A DNA stretch of 64,000 nucleotides from NCBI GenBank assembly GCA_900547405.1, contig URGL01000002.1, forward strand, positions 16,563-80,562. The letters run 5' to 3'. Shown here piece by piece: positions 1-8,358 of this stretch. Origin of the DNA: an uncultured Eubacteriales bacterium. GTDB taxonomy: Bacteria; Bacillota; Clostridia; Oscillospirales; Oscillospiraceae. The first letter of the stretch is position 1. Every line of letters begins with the position of its first letter. The position numbers and the translations under genes are program-made. The notes beneath the pieces were generated by a model, which searched no databases, was not told where the DNA came from, and saw only the letters and a program-made list of their open reading frames with translations.

Positions 1-329
1 ACAATGCCAATGAAGGCGTCCTTGTCGTCCACCACAGGGACAAAGTTCTGGGTAGAGGCCCGGTCGATGAGGTCGTGCATGGAGGTGGTGACCCGGACAG
101 GGACATTGTCCTTCCGGCGTTCGATCTCACCGATGCGGTGGGCCTCCGCCTGGCGCATATCCATATAGCAGATGTACTTCAGGGCCCAAAGGAGGTCGCC
201 CTCTGTTAAGGTGCCCCGGTATTCTCCGTGACGGTTGAGGATCGGGATGGATGAGTAGCCGGCCGACTCCATTTTTTCCATGGCCTGCCGGATGGTGTAG
301 TCGTCGTATAGGTAAGCGCACATTGCCTT
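1..329 (-). CDS. CBS-domain protein, partial (gene continues beyond window start)
   Basis: Reverse-strand translation from ATG at 329 gives MPKAMCAYLYDDYTIRQAMEKMESAGYSSIPILNRHGEYRGTLTEGDLLWAL..., a CBS-pair-like sequence. Open to window edge, so not in the ORF track. Confidence 0.55.
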
Positions 330-502
330 GGGCATCAAAAAAAACAATATGTTGTTCATACCATGCTTCCTTTCCGTTGCGGGGAATTCCCGCTGTCTAT
401 CATATTATAGCATAGGGCAGCCGGAAAAGCATGAACAATTATTGACGAAGTCCACAGGGCAAGCGAAGAAAATTTTTCTGCAATTTATGCAGTCTGCACA
501 AA

Positions 503-1402
503 TCAGTTGTGGAAGGTAAACTCCGTGCAGTCCAGAGTTGCAAAATAATCCATAGGGGTCTCTGCCCGGCGGATCTTCTGGAAGGTTCCGTCCTCGCGGA
601 GCAGGACCTCGGCGGAGCGGAGCTTGCCGTTGTAATTGTAGCCCATGGAATAGCAGTGGGCACCGGTGTCGTGGATCACCACGATGTCTCCCCGCTCAAT
701 GGCGGGCAGGCTCCGCTCAATGGCGAACTTGTCGTTGTTCTCGCACAGGCCGCCGGTGACATCGTACACGTGGTCCAGGATGGCATCCTCCTTGCCCAGC
801 ACTGTGATGTGGTGGTAAGCGCCGTACATGGCAGGCCGGATCAGGTCCGTGGCGCAGGCATCCAGGCCGATGTACTCCCGGTAGATGTGCTTCTGATGGA
901 GCACGGTGGAAACCAGGTGGCCGTAGGGAGCCAGCATGAACCGGCCCAGCTCTGTAAAGATAGCCACGTCTCCCAGGCCTGCCGGAGTCATGATCTGCTC
1001 AAATTTGGTCCGGACTCCATCGCCAATGGTCTGGATATTGCAGCTGGGCTGCTCCGGGCGGTAGTCCACACCGATGCCGCCGGAGAGGTTGATGAACCGA
1101 AAATCCGCCCCGGTGGCGTTTTTCAGCCGCACCGCCAGGCGGAAGAGCTGGCTGGCCAGCTCTGGGTAATACTCGTTGGTGGTGGTATTGGAGGCCAGGA
1201 AGGCGTGAATGCCAAAGTGCTTGGTGCCCAGCTTCATGAGGCGGTTGATGGCCCCCGCCATCTGATCTTCGGTCATGCCGTATTTGGCATCCCGGGGCAT
1301 ATCCATAATGGTGTTGCCCAGGCTGAAGGAGCCGCCGGGATTATATCGCAGGCACACCGTCTCCGGCACCGGCCCCAATCGCTCCAGGAAATCCACATTC
1401 AT
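503..1402 (-). pseudogene. Orn/DAP/Arg decarboxylase family-2 (LysA-like) gene remnant lacking the N-terminal PLP-lysine region
   Basis: 299 aa with HFGIHAFLASN, SGGIGV, ELGRF, CENND and HDTGAHCYSMGYNYNG motifs typical of the C-terminal two thirds of fold-type III decarboxylases. No room upstream for the missing ~110 aa (intergenic is 144 nt), and no SD before ATG 1402. Confidence 0.5.
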
Positions 1403-1546
1403 GGGGAATTGTCAATCTTTTTCTTTCTCTACCTTCAGTAGAAATCGGTCTCTTCCCGGTGTAGAGCTGTAGAGTCCCCACTGTAGGCACACATTCCGCC
1501 ATTTTGTGCTATACTGAAAGCACAAAACCCAAGGAGGTAACTGAGT

Positions 1547-2221
1547 ATGCTGAAACGAACCAAGCTGGCTGACCGGCAGCTTCCGAACTATAGCACCGGC
1601 GAAGAGATCATGAATACCGTCACCCATATTGTGGGCGGAGCCATGGGCGTGGCGGCTCTGACCATGTGCGTTATGCTGGCAGCCCAGAACCGCAACATCT
1701 ACGGAGTCATCGGCTCCTCCATCTACGGCTTCTGCATGATCGCCCTCTACAGTGTATCCAGCGTCTACCACGGCCTGCGGCCCGGCATGGGCAAGAAGGT
1801 CATGCAGGTCATCGACCACTGCACCATCTATTTTCTCATTTGCGGCACCTACACCGTCATCGCCCTGTCTGCCATCCGGCCCATCTATCCGAAGCTGGGC
1901 TGGCTTCTCCTTGGCTTCGAGTGGATCATGGCCATCATTGCCACGGTGCTGACGGCCATCGATCTGAAGCAATACCGGGTCTTCTCCATGATCTGCTACA
2001 TCGGTATGGGCTGGGCCATTATCCCCTTTGCCAAGGTGGTCATGCAGGTGCTGACAAAGCCCGGGTTTTATCTGCTTCTCGCCGGAGGCATCGCCTACAC
2101 CATCGGTGCCGTGCTCTATGGCATTGGCAGCAAGAAAAAGTGGATGCACTCCGTGTTCCATATCTTCGTAGACATCGGAAGCCTCCTGCAGTTTCTGTGC
2201 GTGGCGATGTACGCACTGTGA
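1547..2221 (+). CDS. hemolysin III family (PAQR/YqfA) membrane protein
   Basis: 224 aa, 7 predicted TM segments, conserved H...H/D motifs of the Hly-III family. AAGGAGG RBS and TATACT -10 upstream. Confidence 0.85.
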   Translation: MLKRTKLADRQLPNYSTGEEIMNTVTHIVGGAMGVAALTMCVMLAAQNRNIYGVIGSSIYGFCMIALYSVSSVYHGLRPGMGKKVMQVIDHCTIYFLICGTYTVIALSAIRPIYPKLGWLLLGFEWIMAIIATVLTAIDLKQYRVFSMICYIGMGWAIIPFAKVVMQVLTKPGFYLLLAGGIAYTIGAVLYGIGSKKKWMHSVFHIFVDIGSLLQFLCVAMYAL

Positions 2222-2250
2222 ACGGCATATAAACGGCATATACATATAGC

Positions 2251-2277
2251 AAACGGGGGCGGAAAACCGCCCCCGTT
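2251..2277. terminator. bidirectional intrinsic terminator hairpin between convergent genes
   Basis: aaacgggggcgg-aaaa-ccgcccccgtt perfect hairpin flanked by A/T, preceded by tandem 11-mer aacggcatata x2. Confidence 0.65.
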
Positions 2278-2536
2278 AATCGTCATAATGGCCCTTGCAT
2301 GACAGGACCTCCAGCACACCGCCTCGGATACGGTAGACCAATCGGTGCGTATCATCGATACGTCTGCTCCAGAATCCACTCAGTTCTCCCTTTAGCGGCT
2401 CCGACTTGCCAAGCCCTTCAAAGTTGTTCCTTTCGATGTCCTTCAATAGCGTGTTGATCCTCTTCAGCATTTTCTTGTCTTGCAGCTGCCAATAGAGATA
2501 GTCCTCCCACGCCTCGTCAAACCACACCTTATTCAT
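2276..2536 (-). CDS. yoeB: YoeB/Txe family type II toxin (RelE superfamily mRNA interferase)
   Basis: 86 aa; WFDEAWEDYLYWQ...GELSGFWSRRIDDTHRLVYRI nearly collinear with E. coli YoeB. ATGA overlap with upstream antitoxin gene. Confidence 0.85.
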   Translation of the reverse strand: MNKVWFDEAWEDYLYWQLQDKKMLKRINTLLKDIERNNFEGLGKSEPLKGELSGFWSRRIDDTHRLVYRIRGGVLEVLSCKGHYDD

Positions 2537-2799
2537 TCGTCATCTGCCTCAATGAGTTCGTGCTTTACGCCCTCACCCCCATTCAAGGCAGCAATTCCAC
2601 GGCGCAGATGTTCCATATTGCTCTGCGCGTAAAAGGGGTCCGCTGAAATCTCAAAAGGGATTCGTCTCTCTCTGCCAACCTTTTTGGCAAACACGGTAAA
2701 AGCCGCACTCATAGATAATCCCATGTCCGCACAGGCCTGCTCCATACTTCTTTTCACATCCGCATCCAGTTTGAAATTCACATTCACTGTCTGTGCCAT
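2533..2799 (-). CDS. RelB/DinJ-type ribbon-helix-helix antitoxin paired with YoeB
   Basis: NVNFKLDADVKRSMEQACADMGLSMSAAFTVFAKKVGRERRIPFEIS is a DinJ/RelB RHH signature. Start ambiguous (GTG 2808 / ATG 2805 / ATG 2799); SD GAGGTG favours 2799. Confidence 0.7.
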   Translation of the reverse strand: MAQTVNVNFKLDADVKRSMEQACADMGLSMSAAFTVFAKKVGRERRIPFEISADPFYAQSNMEHLRRGIAALNGGEGVKHELIEADDE

Positions 2800-2872
2800 A
2801 TTCATCACCTCACCGGTAGTATATGATATCGCTAAGAAAAAATCAAGTGTTTTTCTTTAATTTTTCTTCACT

Positions 2873-3496
2873 TTATCTTTGTAAGGGTGATACTCGGCAG
2901 GATTCCCGCACCACCTGCACCACAGTATCCGGAGCATCGGCATTCAGCTCGTGTCCGGCATGAGGGACAACATAAAGTCGGGCATTGGGAAGATATTTTG
3001 CCAGCCGCCTGGCAGCCGCAAGGTTTGGGTGGTCTTTTTCGCCGCAGGCAACGGTCACCGGGCAGTGAATGGTGCTCAACCGGTCAGTAAAATCCAGTTT
3101 TTTCATCGAGCGGGTCAAATCACGGACTTGCTCCTTTTTCATGCCTGTAGACGCGAATGCCTTGTCCGGCATACAGCGAAACAGGAGGTCCTGGATGTCC
3201 ATCAGCAGCCGGGGTGTCCTGTCTCTGGCTCCCAGCAGAACCATAGCTGCCACCTGGTCACCATGGCGGAGGGCATAATCCAGCGCCAGCATACCGCCCA
3301 GAGACAGGCCGCAGAGGCATAGGGGCTCTTTTTCATACTCGTACCGTTCTTCCAAGGAAGAGAGAATGGCGGAATAGTTCAGCTTCTCCCCCGCTATTTC
3401 AAAAAGTTCCGGGCAATCCGTATTGGGAAATTGACTGGCCACCTGGTCCCAGTCTGCCGCCCGCTGGCCCAGCCCGTGGAGAAAAACGATCTTCAT
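2873..3496 (-). CDS. alpha/beta-fold hydrolase
   Basis: 207 aa from MKIVFLHGLGQ... with GLSLGG nucleophile elbow; GGAGGG SD before ATG 3496. The longer listed ORF is an upstream extension without RBS. Confidence 0.7.
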   Translation of the reverse strand: MKIVFLHGLGQRAADWDQVASQFPNTDCPELFEIAGEKLNYSAILSSLEERYEYEKEPLCLCGLSLGGMLALDYALRHGDQVAAMVLLGARDRTPRLLMDIQDLLFRCMPDKAFASTGMKKEQVRDLTRSMKKLDFTDRLSTIHCPVTVACGEKDHPNLAAARRLAKYLPNARLYVVPHAGHELNADAPDTVVQVVRESCRVSPLQR

Positions 3497-4275
3497 TTTG
3501 TCCCCTCCTTCCGAGCATCCGCCCAAAAGCATGCCAGGGCCAGCAGCACCATGATGACGGCATTGAACAGATCCGAATAGAGGTCCACCACTCCTACCTG
3601 GGGCAGAAAGATAGCCACCAGGGCCATAACCACAAAAGGCATCGGGAGCAGGACCAGCAGCCCCACTCCCGTCGCCCGCCAGGGGCGGCCAGGGATACGT
3701 CGGCAAACCCCGTAGAGGCACCACAGGTCCGCAATAGCGGCCAGGGCAATACACCCGCCAAGGCTCAGGACTATGGGCCGCTTCAGCAGTAGGGCCAGCC
3801 CCGCCAGATAGGGAACAGGCACCAGGCTCACCATCAACAGGGTCTTAAAAAGCACCCGGTCCTTCGCCCGAAAGAAGGGCAGCAGGACACCAACCCCCAC
3901 CAGGATGGACAGCGCTACGATCCAGGACCACCCGAGCTTCCCAGAGGTGAAGTAGTCGCAGATAAAGCATACAAAGGCCCCTGTAATGCCCAAGGCAGAT
4001 ATCCACACAAAGAAGACCCGCTTTCCTTTCTCCGGCCAGCAGAAGGCCCGTCTCCCGGTCTTTCGTACCGGTTCGGCGCTGTCCTCCTTGGTCAGGTAGT
4101 CCATGGATACACCGTACAGCTCGCTGAGCCGAACCAGTATCCCCAGCTCCGGCGTGGATAGATTCAGCTCCCACTTGGATATGGTCTGCCGTGTCACGTT
4201 GACTTTCCCTGCCAAAGCCTCCTGGGATAATCCCGCCTGTTTTCTAAGCGCTTGCAGCTTTTCTCCGAGTGTCAT
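3493..4275 (-). CDS. XRE-family HTH domain protein with C-terminal multi-pass membrane domain
   Basis: MTLGEKLQALRKQAGLSQEALAGKVNVTRQTISKWE HTH followed by ~6 hydrophobic helices. GGAGGCGGGG SD; ATGA overlap with downstream hydrolase. Confidence 0.7.
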   Translation of the reverse strand: MTLGEKLQALRKQAGLSQEALAGKVNVTRQTISKWELNLSTPELGILVRLSELYGVSMDYLTKEDSAEPVRKTGRRAFCWPEKGKRVFFVWISALGITGAFVCFICDYFTSGKLGWSWIVALSILVGVGVLLPFFRAKDRVLFKTLLMVSLVPVPYLAGLALLLKRPIVLSLGGCIALAAIADLWCLYGVCRRIPGRPWRATGVGLLVLLPMPFVVMALVAIFLPQVGVVDLYSDLFNAVIMVLLALACFWADARKEGTK

Positions 4276-4449
4276 AGCTCCCCGCCTCCGTTTTCCTGTT
4301 TCCGGAACAGTATAACAGATAGGCTGCCTTTTTACCACCACTTTCGGCAAAATCCGCCCGCAACGAATCGTTGCGGGCGGGACCAATAGCTATGAAACGG
4401 AGATTGCCACACCAGTCTGCGGACTGGTGTGGCAATGGCAGCGATATTT

Positions 4450-4878
4450 TTACGGATTTTTCCGGAAGCCCTCCTCCGCCGCCTGGCGGACCTGGGCAAT
4501 CGGGATATTCTGCTCCAGGGCGATCCGGCGCAGGTCTTCGTACTCCGGCTTGAACCGGCCCTCTACGGTCTTGACCCGGACAGGCCCCCAGGGGGTTTCC
4601 GCCTGGGCGAATTCCCGGCGAAGAAGGTAGCGCCGGTGCTCCGTCTGACGGATGCCGAGGGTGGTGGTGTGCCGAAAGAGGCACTGGGCCAGTTCTTCCT
4701 TCCGGTCTTCCCTGCTCAGGACGCTGAGCTGGATCCCCGGGCGGTTTTTCTTCATGCCGATGGGGGTGGTCCACACATCCAAGGCACCGGCATCCAGGAG
4801 CCGCTCCATGGCAAAGGCTATGTCCTCCGGGGTCATATCGTCCAGATTGCAGCTGAGCTCCCACACCGTGTCCGTCAT
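4450..4878 (-). CDS. larC: LarC C-terminal domain-like protein (nickel-pincer cofactor Ni-insertase, C-domain only)
   Basis: 142 aa; CNLDDMTPEDIAFAMERLLDAGALDVWTTPIGMKKNRPG matches the conserved LarC/DUF111 C-terminal block. The N-terminal ~260 aa domain is not encoded here. GGAGG SD; ATGA overlap with larB. Confidence 0.6.
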   Translation of the reverse strand: MTDTVWELSCNLDDMTPEDIAFAMERLLDAGALDVWTTPIGMKKNRPGIQLSVLSREDRKEELAQCLFRHTTTLGIRQTEHRRYLLRREFAQAETPWGPVRVKTVEGRFKPEYEDLRRIALEQNIPIAQVRQAAEEGFRKNP

Positions 4879-5630
4879 CTTCGAGCCTCCATATGGTTCA
4901 TCATGCTGGCCAGATATCCCGCCCCAAAGCCATTGTCGATGTTCACCACAGACACACCGCTGGCGCAGGAGTTGAGCATGCTCAGAAGGGCCGCCAGGCC
5001 GCCGAAGGCCGTGCCGTAGCCCACGCTGGTGGGCACCGCGATCACCGGGCAGTCGCACAGGCCGCCGATGACGCTGGCCAGAGCCCCTTCCATACCGGCA
5101 ATGGCTACCACTACGCTGGCATCCATCAGCTCCTGGCTATGGGCCATAAGCCGGTGGATACCGGAGACACCTACATCATAGAGCCGCACCACCTCGTTGC
5201 CCAGGAACTCCGCCGTCAGGGCCGCCTCCTCGGACACAGGGATATCGCTGGTGCCGCCGGTGGCAATGACGATCCTGCCCATGCCCCAGGGCTTGGCCAT
5301 GCCGCCGGAAATGGCCAGGTTGGCATTTTCATAGTAGGTGATAGGAACCTGGGTCCCCACAAATTTCGCTTTTTCCGGAGATATCCGGGTAATGAGCACA
5401 TTTTCCTGACCGTTTTCCCGGAGGCTCCTGATGATCCCGGCAATCTGCTGGGCGGTCTTTCCGGCTCCGTAGATCACCTCTCCGGCTCCCTGGCGGAGGC
5501 GGCGGTGGAGATCCACCTTGGCATAACCGATATCCTCAAAGGGCTTCTGCTTCAGGTGAAGCAGGGCCTGGTCCACAGACATGGATCCATTCTGGACCCC
5601 CAGCAGGACCTCTCGCACCTCACTGTCCAT
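4875..5630 (-). CDS. larB: LarB, nickel-pincer nucleotide biosynthesis carboxylase/hydrolase (PurE-like)
   Basis: 251 aa; N-domain plus PurE-like core with VVAIAGMEGALASVIGG and VIAVPTSVGYG, typical of LarB. Confidence 0.8.
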   Translation of the reverse strand: MDSEVREVLLGVQNGSMSVDQALLHLKQKPFEDIGYAKVDLHRRLRQGAGEVIYGAGKTAQQIAGIIRSLRENGQENVLITRISPEKAKFVGTQVPITYYENANLAISGGMAKPWGMGRIVIATGGTSDIPVSEEAALTAEFLGNEVVRLYDVGVSGIHRLMAHSQELMDASVVVAIAGMEGALASVIGGLCDCPVIAVPTSVGYGTAFGGLAALLSMLNSCASGVSVVNIDNGFGAGYLASMMNHMEARR

Positions 5631-6375
5631 TGCGGGCCTCCATATCCAAAATCACCCCGGCATAGCGGGTCTTCAAAGTGCGGGTAATCTCCCCCCGCAG
5701 AGCCAGGAAGGTATCCATCTGGGCCTCAGGCAGCTGGACCAGGGCAAGGTCTCCGCTCAGCTGGCGCACCCGCAGATCCCGGAAGCCCAGGCTCATCAGG
5801 TGATCCTCTGCCCATTCGGTCCTGGCCAAATCCGCTCCGGTGATCTCCGTCCCCGCGGGGATCCGGGTAGCCAGGCAGGCATAGGAGGGCTTGTCCCAGG
5901 TGAAGAGCCCCGCCTCCTGGGAGAGGCTACGGATCTCTGCCTTGGTCAGCCCTGTCAGGCGCAGGGGAGACAGGACCTTCATTTCCTGTAGGGCCTTCAT
6001 GCCGGGCCGGTCAGAAACCTGGTCCGAGGCGTTGGTGCCGTCCAGCACCGTATCGTAGCCGTCAGCCTTGGCCTGCCGCAAAATATTGCCAAAAATGTGC
6101 TGCTTGCAGAAGTAGCACCGGTTCTTGGGGTTCACGGTCACGTCCGGGCAGGCCAGTACATCCAGAGTCAGCACCTGGATATCGGCTCCAAGCTGAGAGG
6201 CCAGACGCAGAGCATCCTGATACTCAAATTCCGGCTGAAAAGCGGTTTTTACATAGTAGGCCTTCACGTCCGCCCCCAGCTGCCTGGCAGCATAGAGCAG
6301 ATAAGAGGAGTCCACTCCGCCGGAGAAGGCCAAGGCCGCTTTGGGATGGGCTCCGAAAAATTCTTGTAATGTCAT
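5620..6375 (-). CDS. larE: LarE, ATP-dependent sacrificial sulfur transferase (PP-loop ATP pyrophosphatase)
   Basis: 251 aa with PP-loop SGGVDSS and conserved Cys (NRCYFCK) as in LarE. Confidence 0.8.
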   Translation of the reverse strand: MTLQEFFGAHPKAALAFSGGVDSSYLLYAARQLGADVKAYYVKTAFQPEFEYQDALRLASQLGADIQVLTLDVLACPDVTVNPKNRCYFCKQHIFGNILRQAKADGYDTVLDGTNASDQVSDRPGMKALQEMKVLSPLRLTGLTKAEIRSLSQEAGLFTWDKPSYACLATRIPAGTEITGADLARTEWAEDHLMSLGFRDLRVRQLSGDLALVQLPEAQMDTFLALRGEITRTLKTRYAGVILDMEARNGQ

Positions 6376-6376
6376 A

Positions 6377-6760
6377 TCATTTCACCAGTTTGTCGATGGC
6401 TTGAATCAAATCTTCAATGGCCTCCTGATCTCCGGCGGCCACAGCATCCACCATACAGTGGCGCATATGGTCCTTGAGGATCACTTTTCCTGTGTTATCC
6501 AGGGCGGAGCGCACTGCCGCCAGCTGCACCAGCACCTCGGAGCAGTCATAGCCTTCCTCCACCATCCGCTTCACCTTTTCCAGATGCCCGATGGCCCGGG
6601 ACAGGCGGTTGATCACCGCCTTCTGATTTTCGTGAACATGGCCGTGGGAATGGGGGATCCCGTGGGCATGGAAATAGGCATGGTCATGCTCGTGGTCATG
6701 AGGATGCTCGTGGTCATGGTCGTGGGGATGGTCCTGGTCGTGGTCATGTAATTCAGACAT
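6377..6760 (-). CDS. CsoR/RcnR/InrS-family metal-sensing repressor with His-rich N-terminal tail
   Basis: 127 aa; a ~45-residue His/Asp-rich N-terminal tail, then the DUF156 core with Cys (YDCSEV), His and Cys (KDHMRHC) at the W-X-Y-Z sensing positions. Confidence 0.8.
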   Translation of the reverse strand: MSELHDHDQDHPHDHDHEHPHDHEHDHAYFHAHGIPHSHGHVHENQKAVINRLSRAIGHLEKVKRMVEEGYDCSEVLVQLAAVRSALDNTGKVILKDHMRHCMVDAVAAGDQEAIEDLIQAIDKLVK

Positions 6761-6786
6761 GGCGGCACCTTCGTTTCTCTGTAATG

Positions 6787-6820
6787 TATAGTATTATACT
6801 CTATTTTCAGGCTCTTTGCA
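6787..6820 (-). promoter_or_regulatory. sigma-70 promoter (TTGCAA-16-TATAAT) for the metal sensor, with a 15-17 bp palindrome over the -10
   Basis: Minus strand reads TTGCAAagagcctgaaaatagagTATAAT; inverted repeat tATAGTATtATACTcTa (AGTAT-t-ATACT perfect) overlaps the -10 hexamer. Confidence 0.5.
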
Positions 6821-6847
6821 AGTAGCATTCCCCCGCAAAGAAATACT

Positions 6848-6876
6848 TTGACATCTCTGAACAATGCGAGTATAAT
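6848..6876 (+). promoter_or_regulatory. consensus sigma-70 promoter TTGACA-17-TATAAT for the His-rich protein/cooT operon
   Basis: TTGACAtctctgaacaatgcgagTATAAT, then AGGAGG SD before ATG 6911. Confidence 0.55.
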
Positions 6877-6910
6877 AAGTGCAAAATATACAAAAAGGAG
6901 GATCCTAGCT

Positions 6911-7273
6911 ATGCATTTGGATCACGATCATATTTCCGGCGGTGCCCACGAGCACACCCATACCCATGCCGATGGCACCGTCCACACCCATACCCACACC
7001 CACGAGGGGGACCACGACCACAGCCACGACTGCGCCCACGACTGCGGCTCCTGCGGCAACACCTGCGAGCATACGCCCATGGAGGAGCTCACCGCTCTCA
7101 TGAAGTATATGGTGGGCCACAATGCCGCCCACGCCAAGGAGCTGGCGGAGCTGGCCAAGAAGCTGGACGAAGCCGGCAATCACACCGCCTACGAGCAGGT
7201 CTGCGCTGCTGTCTCCGACTTCGAAAAGGGCAATATGCGTCTTTCCGTCGTCCTGCAGAGCCTGGCTGAGTAA
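6911..7273 (+). CDS. His-rich metal-binding protein (HxH/HTH repeats plus CxxC pair) with C-terminal helical domain
   Basis: 120 aa from MHLDHDHISGGAHEHTHTHADGTVHTHTHTHEGDHDHSHDCAHDCGSCGNTCEH...; AAGGAGG SD. No confident family match by eye. Confidence 0.55.
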   Translation: MHLDHDHISGGAHEHTHTHADGTVHTHTHTHEGDHDHSHDCAHDCGSCGNTCEHTPMEELTALMKYMVGHNAAHAKELAELAKKLDEAGNHTAYEQVCAAVSDFEKGNMRLSVVLQSLAE

Positions 7274-7296
7274 TTCTAACTAAGGAGGCATCAACT

Positions 7297-7494
7297 ATGT
7301 GTCTTTCCACTGTTTACCGCAACAAAATAGATCCCCAGGATGTGGTCATGAAGAACGTTATGACCATCGAGTGCAAGGATGGGGTCATCCTCCTCACCGA
7401 CCTGATGGAGCGCCAGGTAGCCGTTGAAGGCACCCTGGAAAAAGCCAACCTGGTAGACGGCTACGTCGTCATCAAGGAAGCAAAGAGCGCCTGA
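7297..7494 (+). CDS. cooT: CooT-family nickel-binding protein
   Basis: 65 aa beginning MC (conserved Ni-ligand Cys2), with length and beta-rich pattern similar to R. rubrum CooT; AAGGAGG SD. Confidence 0.6.
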   Translation: MCLSTVYRNKIDPQDVVMKNVMTIECKDGVILLTDLMERQVAVEGTLEKANLVDGYVVIKEAKSA

Positions 7495-7520
7495 CATTCT
7501 ATACACACCCAGGAGATACC

Positions 7521-7997
7521 ATGTTTTTCAAATACCTGATCGTCTTTTTCATTTCTATGGTGCCCCTCATTGAGCTCCGCGGTGCCATTCCCGTTGCCAT
7601 CGGCATGGGGCTGGACACGCTGCCCTCTATTGCGGTCTGCGCCGTAGGCAATCTGCTGCCGGTACCCATTATCTACTTTTTCGCCCGGAAGTTTCTGATC
7701 TGGGGCCTGGATAAGCCCTATATCAGCGGCATATGCCACTTCTTCCACGACAAAGGAGAAGCTGCCGGTCAGAAGCTCTCCAGCTCCCGCTTTGGTCGTT
7801 TTGGGTTAATGGCAGCCCTCATTGTCTTCGTGGGCATTCCCGTTCCCGGCACCGGTGCCTGGACCGGCACCTTAGGGGCCAGCTTTCTGGACCTGGGCAT
7901 GAAGAAAACCGCCCTGTCCGTCACATTGGGGGTTCTGATCGCCGCCATCATTATGGCCACCGTCAGCAACGTAGGGTTCCACGCCATCGGTATGTAA
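7521..7997 (+). CDS. small membrane protein, COG2426 / small multidrug export protein-like (PF06695)
   Basis: 158 aa, 4-5 TM helices, IELRGAIPVAIGMGL and GIPVPGTGAWTG motifs. Confidence 0.55.
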   Translation: MFFKYLIVFFISMVPLIELRGAIPVAIGMGLDTLPSIAVCAVGNLLPVPIIYFFARKFLIWGLDKPYISGICHFFHDKGEAAGQKLSSSRFGRFGLMAALIVFVGIPVPGTGAWTGTLGASFLDLGMKKTALSVTLGVLIAAIIMATVSNVGFHAIGM

Positions 7998-8016
7998 TCA
8001 CATAGGAGGAAGCAAT

Positions 8017-8358
8017 ATGAACGACTGTCTCTTCTGCCGGATCATTTCCGGTGAGATCCCTTCCACCAAGGTCTACGAGGACGAAACCGTCTTCGCCTTC
8101 CGGGACATTCATCCTCAGGCCCCCACCCACATTCTGGTGATCCCCAAGGTCCACATCTCCGGCTGCAACGGCGTAACCGCCGAAAACAGCCAAGTGGTGT
8201 CTCATATCTTTGAGGTCATTCCTCAGATCGCCGCGGCAGAGCATCTGACGGGGGGCTACCGGGTGGTGTCCAACTGCGGACCGGATGCCGGGCAGACTGT
8301 GCCCCATCTCCACTTCCACATCCTGGGCGGCAAAACCTTGGCCCTGGATATGGCTTGA
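8017..8358 (+). CDS. HIT-family (histidine triad, Hint-like) nucleotide hydrolase
   Basis: 113 aa with HLHFHILGG histidine triad. Confidence 0.85.
   Translation: MNDCLFCRIISGEIPSTKVYEDETVFAFRDIHPQAPTHILVIPKVHISGCNGVTAENSQVVSHIFEVIPQIAAAEHLTGGYRVVSNCGPDAGQTVPHLHFHILGGKTLALDMA

Noticed and set aside
2221-2242. Tandem 11-mer aacggcatata x2 after the hemolysin-III stop
   Set aside because: Only two copies, immediately before a terminator hairpin. Most likely a trivial slippage duplication.
509-2245. ORFs 509-1441(+), 1412-2245(-), 1666-2232(+) overlapping the decarboxylase remnant and hemolysin-III gene
   Set aside because: Alternative-frame or antisense ORFs with His/Arg/Pro-rich junk translations. 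The real genes have RBS or family support.
4244-5687. ORFs 4244-4864(-), 4429-5019(+), 4893-5687(+) overlapping larC/larB
   Set aside because: Out-of-frame or antisense shadows of the lar genes, Pro/Gly/Arg-rich.
6613-7183. Possible CRISPR-like or low-complexity repeats (cacgaccac/catggtcat units) near 6650-6760 and 6950-7030
   Set aside because: These are codon-level His/Asp repeats inside the His-rich tails of the metal sensor and metal-binding protein. Units are irregular, with no spacer/repeat architecture and no cas genes.
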